Source: Bdellovibrionales bacterium (GTDB lineage: Bacteria; Bdellovibrionota; Bdellovibrionia; Bdellovibrionales; UBA1609). Taken from it: 64,000 nt of DNA. A program made the position numbers and the translations under genes. The notes under the pieces were generated by a model. The model was given only the letters and a program-made list of their open reading frames with translations. It was not told where the DNA came from and did not search any database. Positions within the stretch are counted from its first letter, which is position 1. Each line of letters starts with the position of its first letter. The stretch is taken from assembly GCA_041690295.1 (NCBI GenBank), contig JAWLHR010000003.1, positions 140,953 through 204,952 of the forward strand. Reading direction: 5' to 3'. Below are positions 56,707-64,000 of the stretch, piece after piece.

Positions 56707-57357
56707 CTAAGCCTTGGTCATTGAAGCGACCTCGGAAGCGAAATCATCTTTCCGCTTTTCGAGACCTTCACCCAACTCGAACCGGACAAATCGGCGGATA
56801 ACGATGTTTTCACCGATCTTCGCGATCAATTCATTCAACATCTGACCCACGGTTTTATCCGGATTCTTCACGAACTTCTGATCTAAAAGGCAAATTTCCG
56901 AGGCCCACTTCTTCATCTGGCCGTCGAGAATCTTGTCCAGGAACTCCGGCTTTTTGCCTTCTTCGATGGCTTTCGCCTTCAGCACGTTGTATTCGCGCGT
57001 GCGGGTTTCTTCGTCGATATCGGTTTGCTGCACGAACTGCGGAGCCATGGCGGCGATGTGCATGGCCACGTCACGCACGAAAGCTTGGAATTCTTCATTG
57101 CGCGCGACGAAGTCGGTTTCGGAGTTCACTTCCAAGAGAACGCCGATACGACCGCCGGCATGGATATAGGACGTCACCAAACCTTCAGTGGCGGCCCGGC
57201 CGGCTTTTTTCGCGGCTTTGCTCAGTCCTTTGGCTCGCAGCCAATCGATGGCTTTTTCAAAATTGCCCTGGGTTTCCTCCAAGGCCTTTTTGCAATCCAT
57301 CATTCCGGCGCCGGTTTTTTCGCGTAACTCTCTAACTTCAGTGGCACTGATCGACAT
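56707..57357 (-). CDS. tsf: Elongation factor Ts (short form)
   Basis: [24 protein letters not shown]-like N-terminus and [20 protein letters not shown]. 216 aa. Confidence 0.92.
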   Translation of the reverse strand: MSISATEVRELREKTGAGMMDCKKALEETQGNFEKAIDWLRAKGLSKAAKKAGRAATEGLVTSYIHAGGRIGVLLEVNSETDFVARNEEFQAFVRDVAMHIAAMAPQFVQQTDIDEETRTREYNVLKAKAIEEGKKPEFLDKILDGQMKKWASEICLLDQKFVKNPDKTVGQMLNELIAKIGENIVIRRFVRFELGEGLEKRKDDFASEVASMTKA

Positions 57358-57374
57358 AATTCATTACCCTTCGC

Positions 57375-58298
57375 TTATTCTTTGTCCGTGCTTTCCAAAT
57401 CCTCGGTCACGTCCGTGGGATCAGAAACACCCTGTTCAACTTCCATCTGAATCTCGACATCCTCGGCGGTACCAGCGGCCACGAGCTTACGGCCTTTGCT
57501 GACTTTAACCACGGCCGGTCCGCCCGTTTGAGCTTCTTGCGCGCGAGTGCGTTCTTCAGCGGCTTCGGCTTTTCCTTCTTTGGCTTTGTCGCCGCTGGCG
57601 CGGATTTTCTCCTGGTATTTCTTAGCGCCTTCGAGATAGGCGTCCGCGATCAAATTGGCGAACAATTTGATGGAGCGAATGGCGTCGTCATTACCGGGAA
57701 TCGGGTAGTCAATGATTTCAGGATCAACATTGGTGTCGGCGATACCCACGACCGGTATACCGATCCGCTTGGCTTCGGCCACGGCAATGTGTTCCTTGTT
57801 CAGATCAACAACGAACATGCAGGCCGGAGCCTCTTTCATTTCGCGGATACCATCCAGGTACTCATTCAATCGGACGTATTCTTTTTCGATACTGGCGCGT
57901 TCTTTTTTAGAAAAGAAATCGAGTTCGCCCTTTTCGCGCATCTGATCGATCTTTTTCAAACGATCAATGCTGGATTTAATGGTTTGGAAATTGGTGAGCA
58001 TTCCGCCCAGCCAGCGCTTGGTCACATAGTACTGGCCGCACTTGGTGGCGGCTTCTTTAATCGGCTCGACCGCTTGTTTTTTGGTGCCGACAAAAATCAT
58101 GCGTCCGCCTTCGCTGGCCACTTTGGTCACGAAGTCGGCGGCGTTTTTCGCGCTCACGACGGATTTTTGCAGGTCGATAATGTGAATGCCCCCACGATCC
58201 GTATAAACATACGGCTTCATTTTGGGGTTCCAACGCTGGGTTTGGTGACCGAAGTGCACTCCCGCGTCGAGCATGTCTTTCATGGTGATTTGTGGCAT
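57375..58298 (-). CDS. rpsB: 30S ribosomal protein S2 with an extended charged C-terminal tail
   Basis: [19 protein letters not shown] and [27 protein letters not shown]. About 60 extra C-terminal residues. Confidence 0.94.
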   Translation of the reverse strand: MPQITMKDMLDAGVHFGHQTQRWNPKMKPYVYTDRGGIHIIDLQKSVVSAKNAADFVTKVASEGGRMIFVGTKKQAVEPIKEAATKCGQYYVTKRWLGGMLTNFQTIKSSIDRLKKIDQMREKGELDFFSKKERASIEKEYVRLNEYLDGIREMKEAPACMFVVDLNKEHIAVAEAKRIGIPVVGIADTNVDPEIIDYPIPGNDDAIRSIKLFANLIADAYLEGAKKYQEKIRASGDKAKEGKAEAAEERTRAQEAQTGGPAVVKVSKGRKLVAAGTAEDVEIQMEVEQGVSDPTDVTEDLESTDKE

Positions 58299-58441
58299 AG
58301 ATTTTCCTCCTGGTTAAGCCACCTTTCCGCGTCGCGTTAACCGCTGTTGAGCCGCCTAAGGCAGCACCAGAAGTCCGCGGAAAGTGAGTTATTATGCGGC
58401 ATGAGTTAGCACGACCGATTTCCGGTCGGCAACAGATATCT
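58299..58441 (-). promoter_or_regulatory. Structured 5' leader of rpsB-tsf (candidate autoregulatory element)
   Basis: On the minus strand, CTTTCCGCG ... CGCGGAAAG (9-bp long-range helix) encloses a GCTGCC/GGCGGC hairpin and ends about 20 nt before the AGGAGG SD. Confidence 0.3.
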
Positions 58442-59503
58442 TCAGGTGAGGGAATCGGGGGATTCGGTCTTGGATTCGTCCTGGGTCGCGGGGGCGAGAA
58501 GCTTCTCGATCTCGCGAATGGCCTCTAGCTTGCCCAGGAACCCGGGTTGCGTCGCCAGGGTTTGATCCGCGAGATAGAGGTTAGAGATCTCCTGAAGTTG
58601 CCAGGGCACTTTGCTTTTAAGGGAATTTTGCCCAAAAGCCCCCGGGATGACATAGATTTTCTCGCTCAGCTCGTTATTAAAGCGATCTGGCCACGCCCGT
58701 TTGATCTGGCGCTTGATGTGACGAATACACTGTCCGGTGAACTCATGTTCGTCGGCCTGTTCCGAATGGACCAGCGTGAACCATTGCGAGCCCGTGGGAG
58801 TCATACGCCCGAACACCGGTTCAAATTCTTTGCTGTTGTGCTGGATGACCATGATGCCGTCGAAGTCCCCGTCCATGGCTGGATGGGTGAGGTCTAAGAC
58901 CACGGCTGTCCAAGTGTGAAATTTAGCGATGCGGGAGCGGTTTTTATCGGAGATCCCAGGCCCGGTGATCAAATGATTCAAGGCGGGCAGCGGTCCGGTG
59001 TAAATCACCTGATCGACCGGTATCGCTTTATCGCCGTTAACGACGATCTGAGTGGCTTTTCCCTCGTTCACCCGGATTTCGGTCACTTCGGATTTACAGG
59101 AAACCGTGATCGGCAATTGTTCGGTCAAGGCGCGGACGAGTTGGTCCACGCCCGGCTCAAGGCGAATCTCCGAGGTGAAACTCAAAAATCCAAGTTCGCC
59201 GACGCTTCGGAAATCCGTTTCACCGAAGCCGGCGAAGCTCCGCCAGCGGGCTTCATTGTAGGTTTGGGGATTATGGTCTTGGACCTGAAAATGCAAAGGC
59301 AAAGGCGAATGGGCGCGGGCCCACTCCAAAAGTTCCAGATTCTCATTGGTGGCCGGCAAAAGTGAGATGAGCGACCGGCGAAGCGCTCCACCGGTCACAT
59401 CACGGGCTTCGAACAAGCTGACTTTAAAACCCGCTTCATACAAACGATGGCTGAGAAAGAGGCCGGTCAAACCGGCGCCGATGATTGCGATGTTCATGGC
59501 CAT
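58442..59503 (-). CDS. NAD(P)/FAD-dependent oxidoreductase (amine oxidase / phytoene desaturase-like fold)
   Basis: N-terminal dinucleotide-binding IAIIGAGLTGLFLSHRLYEAGFKVSLFEARDVTGG. 353 aa. Confidence 0.7.
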   Translation of the reverse strand: MAMNIAIIGAGLTGLFLSHRLYEAGFKVSLFEARDVTGGALRRSLISLLPATNENLELLEWARAHSPLPLHFQVQDHNPQTYNEARWRSFAGFGETDFRSVGELGFLSFTSEIRLEPGVDQLVRALTEQLPITVSCKSEVTEIRVNEGKATQIVVNGDKAIPVDQVIYTGPLPALNHLITGPGISDKNRSRIAKFHTWTAVVLDLTHPAMDGDFDGIMVIQHNSKEFEPVFGRMTPTGSQWFTLVHSEQADEHEFTGQCIRHIKRQIKRAWPDRFNNELSEKIYVIPGAFGQNSLKSKVPWQLQEISNLYLADQTLATQPGFLGKLEAIREIEKLLAPATQDESKTESPDSLT

Positions 59504-59518
59504 AAACTCCCTCGAATT

Positions 59519-60388
59519 TTAAGGTGAATTCAAGCTCTTCTTCAATTGCTCGGTGATTTTTGTAAGGAGCCAGCGGGTCGTGCGTGTTTTGAGTTGACTA
59601 CGTTGGATCCAGCGCGCGACGGCGGGTGAATATTTGTAGTAATAAAAAATAAAACCTCGACCCAGGCGGGACGAACGCAACTTCTGATCGCGAAATGCCC
59701 GCAAGATGTGCAATTCGACGGCATCGGGCGTGTCATTAAAAACGGCCGTGGCGATGAAACAAGGTCCGCGGCGCGATTTGGTGGCCTTTAAGAACGAGCG
59801 AACGATGTTTGGATTTTTGCAAGAGCGGGAGAACTGTTCGGCTTTCTTGATGATGTCCGGGTAAAGCGGACTGAACGGCAAAAATTGCGAAAGTTTATTC
59901 GCGGCGGTTTGCATGCGATCGATGTATCGAGGGCTGGTGTCGTAAATGCGGACGAGGTCCCAGTACACCGAAGCGATCACGGTGAGTTCCTTGGAACGGG
60001 AAGAATTATTGAAAACCGCCGGAGAGAGTTCGCCCTTTTTCAGGTTGTAGACCATTTCCAACAGACGGAGATATTTTTCATATTGGACGGCCGCTTCGGC
60101 GTAAGCCTTTTGCGCCATGAGCCCGCGTGCGTTTTTGATCAAGTGCACCCGGTTCTTCCACATCATCATTTTGTTTTTTTCACGCTGGTCACGCTCCAGA
60201 CGGAGCTTCATCCCTTGCGAGACGGAACCCGTGATCTGGTCATAACAAGACGGACAAAGTTTTTCGGGAATTTCTCCGGTGACGCCCGCGGCCTGCAGCG
60301 CTGAACGAATCTTGGCGTCGATCGTAAACATATTGTCGTTCAGCATTTTGCACTTGGGGCAGGTTTGGGTCTTTAACTTTTCCGCCAT
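59519..60388 (-). CDS. Zinc-ribbon protein with a C-terminal CFIATA...FRD...YY..SP module, unknown function
   Basis: CPKC...CPSC near the N-terminus and a helical middle. C-terminal GPCFIATAVFNDTPDAVELHILRAFRDQKL...FIFYYYKYSPAVARWI. Confidence 0.5.
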   Translation of the reverse strand: MAEKLKTQTCPKCKMLNDNMFTIDAKIRSALQAAGVTGEIPEKLCPSCYDQITGSVSQGMKLRLERDQREKNKMMMWKNRVHLIKNARGLMAQKAYAEAAVQYEKYLRLLEMVYNLKKGELSPAVFNNSSRSKELTVIASVYWDLVRIYDTSPRYIDRMQTAANKLSQFLPFSPLYPDIIKKAEQFSRSCKNPNIVRSFLKATKSRRGPCFIATAVFNDTPDAVELHILRAFRDQKLRSSRLGRGFIFYYYKYSPAVARWIQRSQLKTRTTRWLLTKITEQLKKSLNSP

Positions 60389-60395
60389 TAATTGA

Positions 60396-62417
60396 TTACA
60401 TCATTTGGAATGGGTCGATGTCGACCTGGACCTTGGTCGCTTTTGGAATCCAATCGGTCGTGCTGAGGATTTGACGGCAAAGAGCATTTAGTTTTTGGGC
60501 GGAATCGCACTTAATGATGATCTGATAGCGGAACTTTCCACGCAGTTTCGCCAGTGGCGCCGGCGCGGGGCCGAGCACTTGGATGCCTTCTTTAAAGACC
60601 TCAAAGCGGTTCTGGAGGATTTTCGCCCGATGAACCAGACGTTTCCCCGCTAAATTCCCGGACTCCGCTTGCGCGGACTGAATACGAAACAACGCCATTC
60701 GCCCGAACGGCGGATAAAGCAGTTCACGGCGCTCGTTCAGTTCTTGTTCGGCGAAACCCAGGTAGTCGCCGGCCAAAGTGTACGAAATGCTCGGGTGATT
60801 CGGATTGTACGTTTGAATCAGCACGCGACCCGATGTTTGGCGGCCGGCCCGCCCGCTCACCTGAGTGAGTAATTGAAAGCTTCGTTCACTGGCGCGGAAA
60901 TCGGGAAAATGAAAACCTAAGTCGGCCAAAATCAATCCCACGAAGTTCAACTTGGGAAAATCCAAACCTTTGGCGATCATTTGCGTGCCGATCAAAAGAT
61001 TGGTGCGCTCACTTTCAAAATCGGCGATCAGTTTTTCCAGATCGTCGCGACTTTGGATTTCATCCCGATCCGCGCGGGCGAGCCTTGCGTTCGGAAACAG
61101 GCGCGCCATTTCGGCTTCGATTTTCTCCGTGCCCAAGCCTATGGCGGAGATCGGTGCTTCCTTGCATTCGGGGCAAAGTTCGCTCGCCCTCTCGCTGTAA
61201 TCACAATAGTGGCAGACAAGGTAAGAGCTGGCATGCAGGGTGAGCGCGACCGAACAATTCGGGCATTCCGCTTTATATCCGCAAGCTTGGCATTGGGCCG
61301 TTTGCGCCATCCCCCGGCGATTCAAAAACAAAGCCGCCTGATCGCCGCGACTCAGAGTTTGCTCCAACGCCTCAAACATCGTGTCGGACAGCCAATGGGG
61401 AAGATCGGACGGGGTTTCTTTGCGTTGGCGATAAACTTCCCTCAGGTCGATCACTTCCACATCCGGTAAGCTCTTGGCTTGGGCCCGCTCGCGCATGGTG
61501 TGGAGTTGGTATTTTCCGGATTGAGCGTTGCTCCAGGATTCCAGCGACGGCGTGGCCGAACCCAGCACGATGGGAATGTTCAGGTTTCGCGCGAGAATGA
61601 TGGCGGCATCGCGCGCATGGTATTTGAGTTTTTCATCTTGTTTGTAACTGGGTTCGTGTTCTTCATCGAGAATAATGATTCCCGGATTCATCAGCGGGCA
61701 GAACAACGCCGAGCGGGCGCCGATAAGGATTTTCTTTTTCTGTTCGACAACACTCCACCACTGATCTGTTTTTTCCCGCTCGGTCAGATGAGAATGCAAG
61801 ACTGCGATAGAGCCGGGAAACCGGCGGGAGAATCGATCGATCAGCTGTGGTGTGAGCGCGATCTCCGGCACTAAGACCAAACCCTGTTTTCCGCTTTTCA
61901 CCACCGAATCCAAAAGCCTCAGATAAACTTCGGTTTTGCCCGAGCCGGTCACGCCATGAATCAGGTGAACCGCGAAACCTTCGGTTTTTTGAATGGCCTC
62001 GACGGTGCGGGATTGCTCAACCGTGAGATGGGGCGCGGGCGCGGGAGTGACGTCGTCATTCACCACTTTCGACTTACGGGAACCACGGCCCTCTTTCGGC
62101 AACGGCGGAAAAACGGTTTCAACGATTTGTCCGAGCGGGTGGACGTAATAGTTCGCCAGCCATTCCAACCAATCCATGTAGGCGGGCGGAAGCAAAGGAC
62201 GCGTGTGATCCGCGCCCAGCATGGGTTTAAGAGCCAAGCCGGGGTCTATTTTGTCGGTGGGTTTCAGTACGATCCCGCGGGCGGTTCGCTTTCCCAGCGG
62301 CACCGTGACCGATGCGCCTCGCTCTAACGAACTCACGCCCTCGGGCGGCAAGTAAGTTAAAGCCTCTTTCAGAGGGGCGTCGACGGCGACCAGGTAACCT
62401 TTTTCGGTCATGCTCAT
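60396..62417 (-). CDS. priA: Primosomal protein N' (replication restart helicase PriA)
   Basis: Walker A GVTGSGKTE, DEEHE, and a Cys-rich zinc-binding insert (CQACGYKAECPNCSVALTLH...CHYC...CPEC). Confidence 0.92.
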   Translation of the reverse strand: MSMTEKGYLVAVDAPLKEALTYLPPEGVSSLERGASVTVPLGKRTARGIVLKPTDKIDPGLALKPMLGADHTRPLLPPAYMDWLEWLANYYVHPLGQIVETVFPPLPKEGRGSRKSKVVNDDVTPAPAPHLTVEQSRTVEAIQKTEGFAVHLIHGVTGSGKTEVYLRLLDSVVKSGKQGLVLVPEIALTPQLIDRFSRRFPGSIAVLHSHLTEREKTDQWWSVVEQKKKILIGARSALFCPLMNPGIIILDEEHEPSYKQDEKLKYHARDAAIILARNLNIPIVLGSATPSLESWSNAQSGKYQLHTMRERAQAKSLPDVEVIDLREVYRQRKETPSDLPHWLSDTMFEALEQTLSRGDQAALFLNRRGMAQTAQCQACGYKAECPNCSVALTLHASSYLVCHYCDYSERASELCPECKEAPISAIGLGTEKIEAEMARLFPNARLARADRDEIQSRDDLEKLIADFESERTNLLIGTQMIAKGLDFPKLNFVGLILADLGFHFPDFRASERSFQLLTQVSGRAGRQTSGRVLIQTYNPNHPSISYTLAGDYLGFAEQELNERRELLYPPFGRMALFRIQSAQAESGNLAGKRLVHRAKILQNRFEVFKEGIQVLGPAPAPLAKLRGKFRYQIIIKCDSAQKLNALCRQILSTTDWIPKATKVQVDIDPFQMM

Positions 62418-63241
62418 CTGTATCTCAGGTAGAAATCCTTAAGGCCTTCCACATCGGGAAGTTTAACTTCTTCTTTGGCCGTCAAAGATTTGACTTGAAA
62501 GATTTTGTCTTTCACTGAACCGCCGTAAGGCTCGACTTTCACGGTGTTCACCTGAACTTTGTAACCGCCGAACTCATAGGTGCGCTCGCCCGGGTACCAG
62601 AATCTTTCGTTGTATTTGTTGTAATTATCCGCGCGAAGAATTAATTGGCCGGGGAATTTCAACTTGCGTAGGACAAAGAGGTCTTGCTCAAGCCAAACGG
62701 TAGGTGATTCGCCTTCCGCCGGATTCTTGCCGATGGCCCACGCGATGGCTCCACCGGTCCGAGAGAGGCGGATGAAAGACGGCGGCGTGTATTTCGTGCT
62801 GGGATCACTGTCTATAGGAAGCGGGGGCCGGTCGCGCAGGGATTCTTTCGGTGCCACGTCCAATGCGACGAGGCGGCTGCGGAAATATTTGCTGCTGCGA
62901 AAATGGAACAGGGGCTCCAGCCATTCGTCCCCCAGCTTTTGTGAGCGAAGCGCGGATCCGTCATGAAAGCGCTTTGTCGAGTTAAGAAAGAGAAAATGTC
63001 CGGAAACCAAGCCCTTCAATGGTCCGCGTCCTTCCAGGACAAGACGCATGGCCGATTCTCCAGTTACATACCAGGTTTCACGGACCGTGAAGGATTCGGT
63101 TTCTTTACGAATCGTCACGTCTTGGACGATTTTATAACTGCCCCGGCCGTGTTGAATGGCGGCACGCGAGGCAATCATGTCGTATTCCGGAATATAGGCC
63201 GAGACTTGCATCGTCCATAGCAGCAACAGAACTCGTATCAT
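62414..63241 (-). CDS. Secreted hypothetical protein
   Basis: Signal peptide MIRVLLLLWTMQVSA. 275 aa with no recognisable motifs. Overlaps both galU and priA by 4 nt (operon). Confidence 0.5.
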   Translation of the reverse strand: MIRVLLLLWTMQVSAYIPEYDMIASRAAIQHGRGSYKIVQDVTIRKETESFTVRETWYVTGESAMRLVLEGRGPLKGLVSGHFLFLNSTKRFHDGSALRSQKLGDEWLEPLFHFRSSKYFRSRLVALDVAPKESLRDRPPLPIDSDPSTKYTPPSFIRLSRTGGAIAWAIGKNPAEGESPTVWLEQDLFVLRKLKFPGQLILRADNYNKYNERFWYPGERTYEFGGYKVQVNTVKVEPYGGSVKDKIFQVKSLTAKEEVKLPDVEGLKDFYLRYR

Positions 63242-64000
63242 GGCTTATCCCCCAATTTTTTAATTAGATACTCGCGAAAGGCCGTTCCGATTTCGGGATG
63301 CCGCATTCCGAGCTCAACATTGGCTTGCAAATAACCAAGCTTATCGCCCGCATCAAAGCGCACGGTATCAAGCACGGTGGCCGTCATTCCTTTATCCGGA
63401 TCCTTCGCGAGTTGCGCCATCGCGTCCGTGAGTTGGATCTCGCCGTTTTTGCCCGGCTTCGTTTCCTTCAAATAGGTGAAGATCTTGGAGTCAAAAACAT
63501 AGCGTCCCGGAAGAGCCAGGCGGCTCGGCGCCTGATTGAGCGCCGGCTTCTCCACGACATCCGTGACTTTCCAAAGGTTTCGGCCGGTTTCCTCAACCGC
63601 GACGATTCCGTATTTGCTGACTTCACTGGGCGCGACTTCCATCACGGCCACGGCGGATTGGGAATTCTTTTGCGCCACTTCAATCAATTGGCCGATGCCG
63701 TGGGGTCGCCAGGTATCGCGACGGAACATGATTTCATCCCCAAGAAGGACCGCGAACGGTTGGTCGCCGATGGCCGGTTGCGCGCAAAGCACGGCGTGGC
63801 CGAGACCCAGAGCTTCTTTTTGCCGGATACTGATCAGGTTTACTTTTTCGCGAATATCCTGAATCTGGCGGAAAAGGTCTTCGCGTTTGTCTTTAAGCGT
63901 GTATTCCAGCTCGAAGGATTTATCGAAAAAGTCCTCAATAACGGTTTTATTGCGGCCTTGGATCAAAACGATATCGGTGATTCCCGCCGCCACGATTTCT
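63238..64000 (-). CDS. galU: UTP--glucose-1-phosphate uridylyltransferase, N-terminus outside window
   Basis: ...AAGITDIVLIQGRNK..IEDFFD, GLGHAVLCA, VLLGDE and ALPGRYVF motifs. The reading frame stays open to the window edge. Confidence 0.88.
   Translation of the reverse strand, partial: EIVAAGITDIVLIQGRNKTVIEDFFDKSFELEYTLKDKREDLFRQIQDIREKVNLISIRQKEALGLGHAVLCAQPAIGDQPFAVLLGDEIMFRRDTWRPHGIGQLIEVAQKNSQSAVAVMEVAPSEVSKYGIVAVEETGRNLWKVTDVVEKPALNQAPSRLALPGRYVFDSKIFTYLKETKPGKNGEIQLTDAMAQLAKDPDKGMTATVLDTVRFDAGDKLGYLQANVELGMRHPEIGTAFREYLIKKLGDKP

Noticed and set aside
57528-58340. 270-aa plus-strand ORF
   Set aside because: It is antisense to rpsB. This is a shadow ORF.
1-64000. CRISPR arrays, tRNA/rRNA/tmRNA genes, prophage or known defence systems (RM, TA, retron, CBASS-like)
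   Set aside because: Intergenic regions are short (at most ~280 nt) and contain no spaced direct-repeat arrays or cloverleaf-like sequences. No reverse transcriptase, integrase, nuclease-helicase or methyltransferase gene sets were recognised among the ORFs.

Overview
Mostly core chromosome from a diderm (Gram-negative) bacterium: BamD, a LolA-like protein, RseP, PilT and many lipoproteins are present. I cannot assign a lineage without a database search; K/A-rich ribosomal-protein tails and abundant secreted proteases/lipoproteins are reminiscent of Bdellovibrio-like or former delta-proteobacterial groups, but that is a guess.

Gene content, left to right:
- tatC 3' end
- methylmalonyl-CoA mutase plus a split propionyl-CoA carboxylase cluster
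- asnS, an S8 protease, a DedA-FAD oxidoreductase fusion, an epimerase
- IS1-family element, copy 1
- a lipoprotein, an HTH-ABC1 kinase fusion, a nucleoside/MTA salvage operon (deoC-deoA-PNP-deaminase)
- acyP, pilT, rng
- rplU-rpmA-obg-nadD::rsfS-rlmH-comF-lolA-like-rimO
- an outer membrane protein, hpt, bamD, an AI-2E transporter, a cNMP-binding protein
- an AST-like succinyltransferase operon, mltG
- an orphan protein plus a GAF hybrid histidine kinase
- IS1-family element, copy 2 (inverted)
- pgeF-rluD, a J-like/HTH protein plus a ParA-like ATPase, tsaB
- rseP-cdsA-uppS-frr-pyrH-tsf-rpsB, priA, galU 5'-truncated at the window edge

I saw no rRNA, tRNA, CRISPR array, prophage or recognisable defence island.

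No clearly novel multi-gene system stands out. The best candidates for follow-up are:
- the XRE-HTH::ABC1/UbiB fusion with its own palindromic operator
- the unknown acyltransferase-like protein translationally coupled to a soluble hybrid kinase
- the AST-like operon lacking astB/astE and carrying an M20 protein without its DEE motif
- the NadD::RsfS fusion
- the inverted, diverged IS1-like pair bracketing 33.7 kb of core genes

All calls come from reading the sequence and recalled family motifs. No searches were run.
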